This document shows positions 1 to 13,079 of a stretch of DNA of 64,000 nucleotides, in pieces (the first letter of the stretch is position 1; every line of letters starts with the position of its first letter). The DNA comes from Eledone cirrhosa (taxonomy: Eukaryota). The stretch lies in the NCBI GenBank assembly GCA_964016885.1, contig OZ024740.1:283402001-283466000 (forward strand), read 5' to 3'. The position numbers were made by a program, and so were the translations under genes. The notes under the pieces were generated by a model that saw nothing but the letters and a program-made list of their open reading frames with translations, was not told the DNA's origin and made no database searches.

Positions 1-104
1 AATACTGTGTTCAATCCCATGGCAGGGCACTCGGATAGTGCAATGCTTTGAAAGTGGAATTGGGTGGACGGAAGCTGCAGGAGGCCATTATTTGTATATA
101 TAGG

Positions 105-290
105 GACGGTGGATTGTCAGTATCGGTAGAAGGTCGGACACCATGCTTTCCAGCATAGAGTTACGGCCCTTGCTATTCTGAGTTCAAATCCCGCCGAGGT
201 TACTTTGCCTTTCATCCTTACGGGGTCGATAAAGTACCAGTAATCTACTGGTTAATTGCTGGCCTTGTGCCAAAAGTAGAAACAATTATT
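105..290 (+). mobile_element. tRNA-derived SINE, dominant family of the window
   Basis: A-box-like GGTGGATTG..AGTATCGGTAG, B-box GAGTTCAAATCCC, conserved core CTTTGCCTTTCATCCTTACGGGGTCGATAAA..GTACCAGT, tail TGGCCTTGTGCCAAAAGTAGAAACAATTATT; many near-identical copies in the window. Confidence 0.9.
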
Positions 291-324
<34 letters not shown>

Positions 325-439
325 CGTGGAAGATGGACGTTAAACGATGATGATGATGATGATGATGATGATGATATATATATATATACATAAATATATA
401 TATGTATATGTGTATGTATATATATATATATATATATAT

Positions 440-740
440 GAATGTATGTATAGTATATTTGGCAATATACCATATGTTTAATTTAAAATATTTAGAAGAC
501 CATACGCTATCAGTTTTAAAGTAGTGACTATGTGACTTACTTACTTCCGGCGAAAGAAGGAAGAGATGCTGACAGTCTGTTTCACGCTGGTTGGAGTTCA
601 TCAGAACCACGCACTCCCCTGCTTCCGTCTAAAATTATAGAAGTTGGATTCTTATAGAATACCAGGAGCTGATTACACAGAGCGATTGCCGGTCCAGCAA
701 GAATTAGGTGTTAGGATTGGTGCTCTGAAATAGTGATGTA
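440..740 (-). mobile_element. TA-embedded HHR element, family J (monomer)
   Basis: About 300 bp unique island between (TA)n tracts, homologous to 24331-24775, with an HHR motif at 565-610. Confidence 0.75.
565..610 (-). ncRNA. Type I hammerhead ribozyme motif (family J)
   Basis: Minus strand: gtggtt CTGATGA actccaaccagcgt GAAA cagactg TC agcatc; stems I and II are imperfect. Confidence 0.65.
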
Positions 741-807
741 TATTATATATACATATATATATACTTGGGGTAGTAGAGTGTGATAAATATGGAGGGGTCT
801 CGATTCC

Positions 808-861
<54 letters not shown>

Positions 862-1207
862 TATAATTGCATAACTATCTATTCATCAAATACATCGTAA
901 ATTAGAATAATATTAATTAAGTTATAGTTGCACGTATCATTTATCTATCGAATTAGTAAACGTTCTTCAGCATATCTACATCCAGTTCTTCAAGAATGGA
1001 CAATCATTTTCAGATCAATATAGCAGATCAATATCCTTTCAAGTCGATCTGACCTAAGTCAATATAAAAACTGAAACAGTTCTATTGTGCTGTTTATATA
1101 TTATAACCCTTTTATATAACCCCCATATTACATACCAGTCACTCTTCTTCTAACAGACACCAACATGAATATATACATACATATATATGTATATGTGTAT
1201 AAACACC

Positions 1208-1258
<51 letters not shown>

Positions 1259-1443
1259 GCAGTATATAAATGTATATATGCATACACACACACACACAAA
1301 CACACATATATATATACGTATATATATATATATATATACATATATATATCTTACGTTAACTATTTTTCCCATTTTGACGCTATAGTCACTTATATATTAT
1401 TGAATACTGTTGGCTTTTTGCTACAATATTTTCTATACCTTTC

Positions 1444-1488
<45 letters not shown>

Positions 1489-1493
1489 CATAT

Positions 1494-1622
1494 CTAAAGT
1501 CTAAAGTCTTTCTTGAGCCAGAATGGTCATTTGGCCGGTGCTTATCCCGGTTTCATGGCGTGAAGCGACTGAGAGTACAAGACTCCCCCCTGGACAGGAC
1601 GCTAGTCCATCGCAGGGTTGAA
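1494..1622 (-). mobile_element. 3' part of a V-domain-like SINE
   Basis: Minus strand CCCTGCGATGGACTAGCGTCCTGTCCAGGGG...GAAACCGGGATAAGC..., ending in a (GACTTTA)2 tail; resembles the V-SINE domain from memory. Confidence 0.6.
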
Positions 1623-1627
1623 CCTCC

Positions 1628-1655
<28 letters not shown>

Positions 1656-1659
<4 letters not shown>

Positions 1660-1941
1660 AAATGTGTGTAATCCTTGGTACAGTTAGGTATATTAAGATA
1701 GGGGGGAAGAAAAAATGGCTTCACTTGTGCGTTCAACAAATTTATTTTCTTCACAAAATCCCAAAAGAATTTTTTTCCGGATTAGAAAAAAAAAATTTTT
1801 CTTAAAAAAAATTATTTTATAAAATAATTTTTTTAAGAAAAAATTTTTTTTTCTAATCCGGAAAAAAATTCTTTTTGCATTTTGTGAAGAAAATAAATTT
1901 GTTGAAAGCACAAGTGAAGCCATTTTTTCTTCCCCCCTGTC

Positions 1942-1944
<3 letters not shown>
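1656..1944. mobile_element. TA-embedded asymmetric fold-back element, family E
   Basis: About 125-bp inverted arms centred near 1819 plus a 35-bp unique left extension; the short arm ends at internal TATATTAAGA; only a degenerate HHR-like string (GTGAAGA..GAAA). Confidence 0.65.
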
Positions 1945-2015
<71 letters not shown>

Positions 2016-2955
2016 ACGTATACACATATGATATATATATATATATATAGAGAGATATATATATAGATATATATATATATATAACTGGACACCTTTCCAT
2101 TATATTTTGTCCAATCTGTAAATCGACACAATAGAATGTTCACCTCTATTTATAAACATTCCTACATATTGAGTGAGTGGGCGAAATAGGGATATATAGA
2201 TAGATAGAGAGAGGGGGACGAAGAGTGAGCAATTCAGTTAGTGAGGGAAAGAATATATGAATGAGTGAGGATATATTTGAACTAAATCATATTACTACTT
2301 TATGTTCGTAGCCTTTAGTATTATACTTCTTTCCATTTTGTCCAAATATAGCTTACTGTTCAGCTAGATCTTTCATCAGAAGTGTCCCCTCCTGCAATCC
2401 TCTCAACTTCGACCTTTGCCTTTGAGTTTTTATATAGAGATATCGTTCCTTTCTATCTTATGCTAGTGCTCACCAGTAAATTATAAAAATACTGGGCAAC
2501 ACGTGATCTGCCACTGTGCTCGAAGTGGTTTTTGGTCACCGGAAGTTCCCCGAGACGCTTCGGTCGGCGTTCTGTTAATTTCCTGCGCATCGAGTGACTA
2601 ATATCTTGTTCATTACATTTTAAGCAATAGACAGCAGATATGGTAGAATTAAAATCCACGAATACTCATGAACACTCACACATACAAACATAAATATGTT
2701 CGTTTATATACATACGCATGTATATTTAGTATGTATGCATACATATATATATATATGCAACAAAGTAACGGAGAGAATATATATGTATTTGATACGTGTA
2801 GTTGAATGGATATACACGTATGAATATAACCACACACATACATATGCAATATTGACGCCCAGATACTCACATACCCCCACACACACATATATATATATGT
2901 AAATATGTATAGATATAAATAGGCACACACACACACACACACGCACACACACATG

Positions 2956-2990
<35 letters not shown>

Positions 2991-3106
2991 GTATACGATG
3001 CACACATACAAATATAGATATAGCAATAAATATCTCCTTTTATTCTTTTACATGTTACAGTCATTAGAGGGCGGTTATACGTACATACGTACATACATAC
3101 GCACAC

Positions 3107-3186
<80 letters not shown>

Positions 3187-4132
3187 CGTATTGGCGCATG
3201 ATTTCTGTCCATCAAATGTTACTAGGTTATAATCAGTCCTTGGCCAACGTGCCGCTCGTTGGTTTCGACGTCGAAACCTTTTTGCTGCGAAAGAACGTTT
3301 TAACTGTACAGCTATGAATGCCAATAGTCTTTAGCTGTTTCTCTACATTCTGTGTTCGAATTTGACCTTGTTCGATTTTGCCTTTCATCCATCGACTTTG
3401 TCGGTAAAATAATCCGATTTCGTAACCCGTTTACAAGGAAAAGAATATATGTTTTAAACCACGCAGTTACATATATCAATACCTAGCGGTATTTAGCTAC
3501 ATATCTTCACAGTCTAAGATCAACTTTTATCAAGATTAACTCTGCCTCTCATCTATTGATGGTGTAGATCAAATAACTGCTACTTATGTACACCTCACTA
3601 GTGTGTGTGTACCTCATTAGATCGCCATTCTTGCATTAGTTTTATTTATGAGTTCAAATCCCAATGAATTCATCTTTGTCTTTCGTTGCTATAATAAAGT
3701 ATCTGTCAATTGTTGAAAGCAATATAATCGATTACCATCTTTCCAAGGGTTATTCTTATGCCTCCTTAAGAAATCATTATTAGTCATTGTTTTATAAAGA
3801 ATTCCCAAACATTTAGCTTCAATAAGGATCTTCTTTATTCTATCTTTCATTATGATTATTGTTGTTTATTCCTAAATCAACTCTGATAAAGCAGACCTAT
3901 TATTCAGATATTCTAATCATAAATATCTTATTTTCATTTTTTTATTTACTATGTACATATAACGTGTCTTGTTTTTTGTTGGTTTTTTTTTTTGGAAGAT
4001 TTTTTTTTTCGATGTTTTGCTTTTTGTAAGACATTAGGTTATGATATGAGGGTAATTTGCAGTGATTTCTAATTCTCTACAGCGTGTGGGACCACGTGGA
4101 GTGTTCCTCATTGGCTTATTATTGTTGCAGAT

Positions 4133-4403
4133 CAGGCATGGGCCTCCTTTTTTTGAGAAGCGGGCCACATGAGATATGGCTCATCATCAGGCGGGCCGCA
4201 AGCGCTAATTTACATCCGGTCTCACATTAAAAAAAATGTTGTTACTCAGGTTGTTTGGATTTGTTTCTTCAGAATTCGTACATGTTGTTTTCCTCGATCG
4301 TAAAAATGATAGAAAGATAAATTACGACTGAAATGTTGGGGTAAAAAATCAGAAAGATTTCACATAGGTGACTTAGGCAAGCCATTCAGGTTGCCCATGA
4401 CTG
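4133..4403. mobile_element. hAT-type MITE
   Basis: Imperfect TIRs CAGGCATGGGC / GCCCATGACTG, subterminal GCGGGCC motifs, 8-bp imperfect TSD TTGCAGAT / GTGTAGAT. Confidence 0.75.
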
Positions 4404-4948
4404 GTGTAGATATTGGCTATGCTTCTTTTTGATATTCATCCTAAATGTTCCTGCTTATTCTGTAACCAACTGTCAGATTTGCTGAAATAGACATATACTA
4501 CCCATGTAGTGGTGATTCGATTCGAACAATCAGGTGAAATCTCCAGAGTTCCTTCGTGTAGCTGAATGTCATACAACTAGCTTTCACATCCACTGGTATA
4601 TAAACTGCAATAGAGTGTTGAAATCTTGAAATGTAATATCTTCTACTCCAATCAGTATGATGTAGTCAGTGGCAATACGTTAACATATTATGTTCGCTTC
4701 AGACGAGATCCTAGTAGAAATGCTTGCAACTCTGTGAACTCAGTTGATAACATTTAAGGATTAGAAAGTAGTGATATTTTCGTGGTTATCAGAAATATTC
4801 AGACATAAAGAAGCTGATAAAGATAGAGTGAAGATGTGACTCACGAAGAGATATAGAGGGAGAGCGAGAGAGAGGCGGATTGTGAGAGATAAGGTGAGAC
4901 CGAGAGAGGGGGAAGGACAGAGGAAGAGAAAGAACGAAAGAAACATGA

Positions 4949-5000
<52 letters not shown>

Positions 5001-5307
5001 AACTAACAAACAAACAAACACAAACAAACAAACATGAAAACGAAAATAATTCAGTTATCCCGGACCCGAATAACAAACATACTCTCTAAATTCGACACAA
5101 TACCATAAAGCTCAGGATGAAATGTGAGGTATGAATCGATCCCAAGTATTTGATGGTATTTTATTTGATTGACCTTGGATCAATGAAAGGTAAAGTTGAC
5201 CGCAGTGGGACTTGAACTCAAAATGTCAAGAGGCGTAACGAAGCATCACAAATCATTTGATGCGACATTCTATCGAATCTGCTATCCCTTACTGCATATA
5301 ATGTTTA

Positions 5308-5339
5308 AACTACTACTACTACTACTACTACTACTGCTG

Positions 5340-5382
<43 letters not shown>

Positions 5383-5406
5383 AACTACTAATACTACTAC
5401 TACTAT

Positions 5407-5463
<57 letters not shown>

Positions 5464-5510
5464 CACTACTACTACTATTGCTGCTACTACTGATGCTGCT
5501 GCTACTGATG

Positions 5511-5571
<61 letters not shown>

Positions 5572-5750
5572 CACTACTGCTACTACTGCTGCTACTACTG
5601 ATGCTGCTGCTACTGATGCTACTACTACTACTACTACTGTTGCTGCTACTGATGCTACTACTACTACTACTACTACTGTCGCTGCTACTGATGCTACTAC
5701 TACTACTACTACTACTACTGCTACTACTACTACTACTACTACCTCTACTT
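5308..5750. repeat. (CTA)n/(CTG)n trinucleotide array
   Basis: Direct reading; source of the poly-L and poly-V ORFs. Confidence 0.95.
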
Positions 5751-7046
5751 ATACTTGCCGTTTCTTGTTATTGTCAGTGATGTAGGCTGCAGGGGTAGGG
5801 ATCATTTATATAAATATAACCAAAACAATATTTTACATGGATGACTCACACGTGAGGCTAATTGTGGAGAATATTGTTGGTGTTATTGTTCTGACTATTG
5901 TTGTTGTGTTTGTTGCTCTTGCTTAGATCTTGACTAATAATTATGTTGTTGATGGCGGTGGTTGTTGCTCTCGTTGTTGTTGTTGCGCTTACTTTTATTA
6001 TTGTAGTGTTGTTGTTTCGGTTTTGACTAATAATCATATTGATGCTGTAGCTGTTGTTTTTGTTGTTGTCTATGCTGGGATCTTGACTCATAATGATGTT
6101 GATGCTGATGCTTTTGTTGTTTCGATTGTTGCTTTATTTGCCTTTGTTATTGATAATCAATGCAAGAGGACCCGGAAGTGATAAACATTGAACCGACATG
6201 TTCTTAACTTCACTGGAGCCAATGAGGGAACAGCATCACAAATTACAAGCGAGCTAGAAATAGTAGCCAAAATCCCTTCATATCACGCATTCCGTCGCTT
6301 AAAAAAAAAAGACATTTTGGATAAAATTTCCCTAAGTCATATAACATTTTCAATAAATGTTGCTACAAAAACACCTTATCTTTGGAATCCCCGATACATT
6401 CTTTTTTTTAAACTTCGGGTTTCAGAACTCAATTTTAGAAAGACTGCTCTTGATGTACACAAGACAGGAATGTTACAAGTGTAACGCCTTTGTTGACAGT
6501 ACTAATTTAGAGCTAAAGAACAAAAACTGAAGAAAGCGAATTGAAAAGGAACCTCTACATAATATGCTAGAATCGCAACCCAGATCTCCTTCTAATTATC
6601 TCTTACAAAAATGTTACATTGGATAATCTATTCGTAGACATACTGCGTTGAATATGTGTGGCTGCCTATAAATTCTTTTATTTCGAACAAGATATTTATT
6701 GGGCTAAATATATAGAAAAATGCCACTGAATAAATATGAATGGTATTTTAGAAATATATTGCTACTGATTGTAGTATACTAGAGATATATATTTCAATGT
6801 GACGTACTAGATATAAACACGTCTGAATGTAACGAACAAGATGTACCACCTCTGAATATGATGCACTAGATTGATTACCTGAAAAAATAAACAGGTAGTG
6901 ACATAAAATTTGGGTATTTGACTTTGATCAGATCTGACACATAGCTAAACAAAATCAGTTGATGAAAGCAAAGCAATAAAAGACACACTAGCACACACAA
7001 ACACACACAAACACAGACACAGTCACACATATGCACACAAACATTT

Positions 7047-7135
<89 letters not shown>

Positions 7136-7216
7136 GTATGTATGTATATATATACATACTACTGTATGTCTGTATACATATATGTATGTACGTATACATA
7201 CATACATACTTACAAT

Positions 7217-7264
<48 letters not shown>

Positions 7265-7270
7265 CATATC

Positions 7271-7306
<36 letters not shown>

Positions 7307-7351
7307 CATATATAATATATAAGATCAAAAGATTGTTAAAAGAGTTCCATG

Positions 7352-7422
7352 TATTTTATTATGCGCATTTCAAAAACAAATATCATCATGCAATGACATT
7401 TGTGTTTTCATCAGATAAAATA
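7352..7422 (-). ncRNA. Type I hammerhead ribozyme (family B, inverted arm)
   Basis: tattttat CTGATGA aaacacaaat..atttgttttt GAAA tgcgca TA ataaaata: 8-bp perfect stem I, long stem II, palindromic stem III. Confidence 0.85.
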
Positions 7423-7529
7423 GGAAGACATGATATGAAGGTTAAAAACACTTGTGGATAGTGCAGTTTTAAATCAACATATCAACTGCACTATCCACAA
7501 GTGTTTTTAACCTTCATATCATGTCTTCC

Positions 7530-7600
7530 TATTTTATCTGATGAAAACACAAATGTTATTGCATGATGATATTTGTTTTTGAAATGCACATAATAAAATA
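7530..7600 (+). ncRNA. Type I hammerhead ribozyme (family B, long arm)
   Basis: tattttat CTGATGA(7538-7544) stem II GAAA(7581-7584) tgcaca TA ataaaata. Confidence 0.8.
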
Positions 7601-7727
7601 CATGGAACGCTTTTAACCATCTGTTGATCTTATATATTATGTATACTCCCGTCCTACAAACTGTAGAGAGAGTGCTTCTTATCCGGTATCTGCATTGCTT
7701 TATTTTACTACAATAAAACTCACCTCC

Positions 7728-7986
<259 letters not shown>

Positions 7987-7997
7987 GTATATATATA

Positions 7998-8393
7998 AAT
8001 GTAAGTATGTATGTATGTATACGTACATACATATATGTATACAGACGTACAGTAGTATGTATATATATACATACATGCACACATATATATATATACACGT
8101 ATCGGTTTACCGAACATTTATTATAATGCTCGGTTTGTTTGTTTGTAAACAAACAAAGAGCCCGAATTACGTCACCTTTTTGTTCAACACTGACACGGGA
8201 ACGATGTACTAGTTTCAAGCTTATTAGCTATCGTCAGCATCGTATACCTTCCTGCCAGATGGTTGAACGTCTGAAAGTATATACTTTCCTTATACATATT
8301 AACGGGTGAGCAGCCTCTGTATATATATAGATACTACTGTACGTCTGTATACATATATGTATGTACGTATACATACATTACATACTTACATTT
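7998..8393 (-). mobile_element. TA-embedded HHR element, family I, with inverted copy of its 3' end
   Basis: 8331-8393 is the reverse complement of about 7998-8060; a third copy of this end lies at about 7155-7217; HHR at 8201-8243. Confidence 0.75.
8201..8243 (-). ncRNA. Minimal type I hammerhead ribozyme (family I)
   Basis: acgatg CTGACGA t-agct-aata-agct-t GAAA ctag TA catcgt: 6-bp perfect stem I, 4-bp stem II, palindromic stem III, GUA site. Confidence 0.9.
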
Positions 8394-8466
8394 AAGTAAG
8401 TGCCGTACTAAGAGTGAGAAATGAAATTTCGTTTCATTCTATTCCATTTATATATATATATATATC

Positions 8467-8513
<47 letters not shown>

Positions 8514-9553
8514 GTGAGAGAAAGAGAGAGAGAGAGAACTCTCAGATTGCACTTCCATATTCTATATATAGAACTAAATACGCAATGTCTGTTTGTTTTT
8601 CTTCATTTATTTTCGGAATCTGTGGTGTCAATAAATGATTAATTAATCTCACTTCCTGAAATATTTTGTAAAATGTTTGCAACATTCTCGTGATTCTCAA
8701 GAGTATTCTGAACGAAATGACTCCATCAGGAAATGAGAGCAGTAAACAAGTACATCAATTCACCAATTTACCCAGTTCTCGATAAATTATAAATGTCTAT
8801 ATGACCAAGATAAGAAGCTGACTATTTTCTGTTTTCGTTTTTTTGTTTTTTTTTCATAAAAAAAACATTTTTTCAGGTTAATCAAAATGTTTTACATATA
8901 TCGATAGTGGATTTCACAAGACATCAACAAAATAAATGAAGTAGGATTTCTTAAATAATCAATTAAACGATGGCAGGAGGGAGGATTGTTATTAGGTGAT
9001 CTTAAACACTTTCTCGATGTTTTTCTCTGCCAAAATGAAGAAAACGTCATATTGATTGGTTCCTTAACAATCAATATTGGTTGAGAATTCTTTAATCTAA
9101 AACGCTTTAGATTTGGAAAATATGTTTTGGATTTTGGAAAATATGTTTATACTTTGTATACACTATTTATAAAAGCATAGCTTGGGGAAGGAACCCAAAC
9201 CGAAATATGGTATCCATTTATATTTCATAAGGGAAGTTATTCAACAGTTGCCACGTGGTGTGCTACAGATGCACATCATTTAGTAAACTACCCTGTATTT
9301 AGTGGATTTTTCCATTTTGAGCGGCTCACGTTAGCACCAGAAACTATTTCAGGTTTGAGAATTTTGGAATTTCAGGCAAAGCATTTTTAAACTGTAGTAT
9401 TAACAGAAATAAGAAAGGACCAACAACTGGATTTTGAATCTCGTTAGAAAAAAGAAACCAGCAAAAGAATGTGCCCGACCGCCTAGGGAGCAATATCAGC
9501 AGATATCAAGATCAATATAGCATCGGACATAATACCTTGTAATCTAGTTTATT

Positions 9554-10340
9554 TCTTCTTCTTCTTCTTCTTCTTCTTCTTCTTCTTCTTCTTCTTCTTC
9601 TTCTTCTTCTTCTTCTTCTTCTTCTTCTTCTTCTTCCACAGTGTCCTATCAGAAGTAGCCATATCCAATTGATCCGACTGGATCCTCAACAGAGACCAGC
9701 TAAACTCTGCGAGGTAACTTAACCATTATGCCCGTGGTCTACTTCTGGGTCTCTTTTGCCGGTTGCCTACGCCCGTAGGATCCTTCAAGCGATTCTTACC
9801 TTAGACATTCTAGCCACATGTACGTAGTATCGGAGCGGTGTTCTCTCTATTCTGAGAGGTAGTGACTCTACCTGGAAGTAATCCCCTAGAAATGCACCCT
9901 ATAGAGTAACGTTACTCCAAATACCCTTCGGAGGAACTCCATTTCGGCCGCTTATATTCGCGATCGTATTCCTTCGCTCATTACCCTAGATTTATGACCA
10001 TATGTAAGAGTAGACAAGAAAACCTAATTGAAGATAATGAGTTTGGCTTTTACACCAACCATCCTTCTGATAACCGAATGCTGAAGTTGGCAGCAACTCC
10101 TGTCCTTCTTGCATTTAATTCAGCCTCACTCCTGCTTCATCTTCTCCAACTCCTTTAGTGAAACTCCACTCAAATGCAGATTGCGCTGCACAAGCTGTCC
10201 TGAGAAGACGAATGTCTTCTTCTGAGTCAGTACCATGTCGTCAGCATATTCCAGCCAAGGTATCCTACACCCGCCGGTCTTAATACTCCTACCAGCCAGG
10301 CTGCGCATGTCAATTCCATGCGAGAAGTTTATGTTCATAA
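9554..10340 (-). mobile_element. Decayed 5'-truncated LINE (RTE-like) with (GAA)n tail
   Basis: ORF 10126-10338 contains the RT motif WLEYADDMVL; a (TTC)n tract at 9554-9636 sits at the expected 3' end. Confidence 0.7.
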
Positions 10341-10514
10341 ATTTATTTATTTATTAATAACAGTCATAGGTGAACGTGCAGTAACCATGTATTTTTTTTT
10401 CTCCTAGACTGTTTGTAAAAAGCGAGAGAATTATCCTAAGACTAGTGGCCTATGCTTATTTCTCTCTAAACATAGTTCGCTTAATGCCTCCGAACATTTT
10501 CACACTCGTTAAGA

Positions 10515-10925
10515 AATTAGGGAGTTGGTATGGTTGAGGTGTATTGAACGTTAGAGCTTAGTGAGTTGGTGTATTTAAGGAGTATTACCTGTTAAAGTTT
10601 TGGAAGTTGAGTTAATGAGGTAGAGAAGGAGTACTAGCAGTTGTGGTGCGAGAGTTAGTGAGTTTGACAAGTACTGATTGCTAAATGTTATGGCGTTAAT
10701 ACGTTTAAATATGAGTACTGGTAGCTGAAGTTTAGAACAGTTCGCGTTTGAGTATGAATACAGGCTGTTGAAGTTTGGGAAGTTGGTGACATTGAGAAGG
10801 AATACTGGTTAGAGATTATGGAGTTAACGAGTTTGAAATGGAGTACTGATTGTTGGAATTTAGAGAGTTAGAGAGTTTGAGCAAGAACACGAGCTGTTGG
10901 TGTTTAGGGAGTTAGGGAGTATAAG
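10515..10925. repeat. Old degenerate tandem repeat, period about 42 bp
   Basis: Recurring GAGTTAGTGAGTTTGA..GAGTACTG.TTGTTGAAGTTT phrase, roughly 9 times. Confidence 0.6.
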
Positions 10926-11799
10926 GATTATTGACTTCTAGAGGGCATTGTTTCGAATGGGTGGTAGACGTAGTAATGGATAATAGACTTAATACGTCCC
11001 CCCGGAATAATTCTACCACCTGACCTTTGGCTGTATTAAGCAGAGTCGACCCCAGTATTCGTACATCGTTTTTCGTTTGAAGATACCATCCTTCACTCCC
11101 TCGCCAGTCTCGGAGACACTGAAGAGATTAGAAGCGATGTCTTCCTTTAACTGACTAAACAGTAGAAAAAATATGGATAATAATTCACCTGAGCACGTTG
11201 TCTTAATGGAGACATTGCTAAAGAGATTTCATACTACATCCGAAAAATATCTGTTCTAGGAAACTAGATTAAGTGGAGAAGGTGTATATCTGCGTGTATA
11301 TGTGGTGAAGGAACGACAAAGATAGTTGCTGTAGGAAGAAAGGAAACTGAAATTATGAAACAGATCAATGAACCCAAAGGGCGTTTCGGTATAATTCAAA
11401 TGTGACACATTCTAAACATCTTTCGTTCTTTCCCACACGCATATTTTCCTCCTTCAATCACGCACATTTTTTTCATTCATTTTCTCTATATATCTCTACT
11501 CTTGCTACCCCACTTTCTTTCTCTCTCTCTCTTTCTCATGTTCTCTTTCCTGTCTATCTTTCACTTTTTTCTTCTCCGCCTCTCACTCTTTCTCTCCCTT
11601 TTATTCTTTCACTCAACATGACCGATACACATTTTTTTTTTTTTTCTTAATCTAATTTTTATCACTCCTCACCACCACCATTGCCTCACATCATCACGAC
11701 GATTTCCGCTAGTCACATCACCATGCAATTGTTATTGTGTACGTGGTTATATAATTGCATATGTGTGTGGGTGCCTGCCTGCCTGCCTGCGTGTATCGG

Positions 11800-12143
11800 T
11801 GTGTGTTTGCATGTGTGTGTCTATGTGTGTGTTTCTCTATGTATGTGTTCGTGTGAGTCTCTGTGTGTACCTGTGTGTGTTTGAATGTGTGTCTATGTAT
11901 GTGCTTCTCTATGTATGTGCTTCTCTATGTATGTGTTCGTGTGAGTCTCTGTGTGTATCTGTGTGTGTTTGAATGTGTGTCTATGTATGTGCTTCTCTAT
12001 GTATGTGCTTCTCTATGTATGTGCTTCTCTATGTATGTGTTCGTGTGAGTCTGTGTGTGTATCTGTGTGTGTTTGAATGTGTGTCTGTGTATGTGCTTCT
12101 CTATGTATGTGTTCGTGTGAGTCTCTGTGTGTATCTGTGTGTT
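11800..12143. repeat. Compound minisatellite (TG-rich higher-order unit)
   Basis: Repeating GTGAGTCTCTGTGTGTATCTGTGTGTGTTTGAATG plus (GTGCTTCTCTATGTAT)n blocks. Confidence 0.9.
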
Positions 12144-12311
12144 TAATTTTATATTCAAATATCAGACTATTTTATATGTAGAAGTAAATTAATTCATGAG
12201 TGCCTATATTTTACTTCGGATATATATATATAATCAGTGAAACAATTGTCAGACTGTAAATAAATCCCTTCTTTGTACTTTTGACCATGTTATTCTTCAT
12301 TTTTTCAATTT

Positions 12312-12419
<108 letters not shown>

Positions 12420-12474
12420 GGGAAAAAGTATGTATATATATAGATATGTAAATATATATATATATATATATATA

Positions 12475-12673
12475 GGAAAATAGTCAGGATCCCGACGGCT
12501 GAGTTCCGGCCGTTTCGTCAGCTATTTCTGAACTGTTTAGAAATAGCTGTGGAAACGGCCGGAACTCAGCCGTGGGGGTCCTGACTTTTTCCTATTACCC
12601 ACTCTACTATCCATAGTATCGAGTACTCTGGTGTGTTATGGTCCACCTGGTTCCTTACCACACTTCCTTCGTT
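12475..12673 (+). mobile_element. TA-embedded fold-back element, family A copy 1 (HHR 3' half)
   Basis: About 55-bp inverted arms plus a 3' extension TTACCCACTCTACTA...CCTTCGTT; arms read GAAA cggc..gccg TC ggg. Confidence 0.85.
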
Positions 12674-12690
12674 ATATATATATATACATA

Positions 12691-13011
12691 TTAGAAAGTG
12701 AGGTTATTTTTACAAAATGAAAAATAACCGGGGTGTCCTACACGAGTGAAAGTATAAGGAAAAAAGATGAAATCGTAATGCAACTGGAGTCTTATTTAAA
12801 AATATATATATATATTTATTTGGTTCCTTTGCCGGTTGCGCAGTTCTTATTCTTTACCGGTTTCTCAGATGTGAGAAAAACCACAGACCCTCCATCTCAA
12901 CTCTACTTTTGAAAAGCAGAAGAACTGCGAAACCGGTAAAGGAACGAAATAAATATATATATATATTTTTAAATAAGACTCCAGTTGCATTTCAATTGCA
13001 TCTTTTTTCCT
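12691..13011. mobile_element. TA-embedded fold-back HHR element, family C copy 1
   Basis: Left arm is the reverse complement of the 3' part of 53467-53674; the right arm carries the HHR and stops at TTTTTTCC-TTATA. Confidence 0.85.
12906..12941 (+). ncRNA. Minimal hammerhead, U3-A8 core variant (family C)
   Basis: ctt TTGAAAA gcag-aagaa-ctgc GAAA ccgg TA aag; identical at 53503-53538. Confidence 0.7.

Positions 13012-13079
<68 letters not shown>

Larger units (their letters stand above)
7321..7727 (+). mobile_element. TA-embedded fold-back HHR element, family B copy 1
   Basis: About 150-bp inverted arms centred near 7476, 3' extension ending CTACAATAAAACTCACCTCC, (TA)n on both sides; homologous to 24048-24317 and 50536-50760. 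Confidence 0.9.

Noticed and set aside
105-200. tRNA gene
   Set aside because: A and B boxes belong to a SINE head; no complete cloverleaf
5196-5780. Poly-Leu 194-aa ORF, and the poly-D/H/S/V ORFs at 40615-42667
   Set aside because: Trinucleotide microsatellites with no coding complexity or splice context
7321-7727. Reading the palindromes as TA-TSD Tc1/mariner MITEs
   Set aside because: Arms are asymmetric, centres vary between copies, non-inverted monomers exist, and HHR motifs are present
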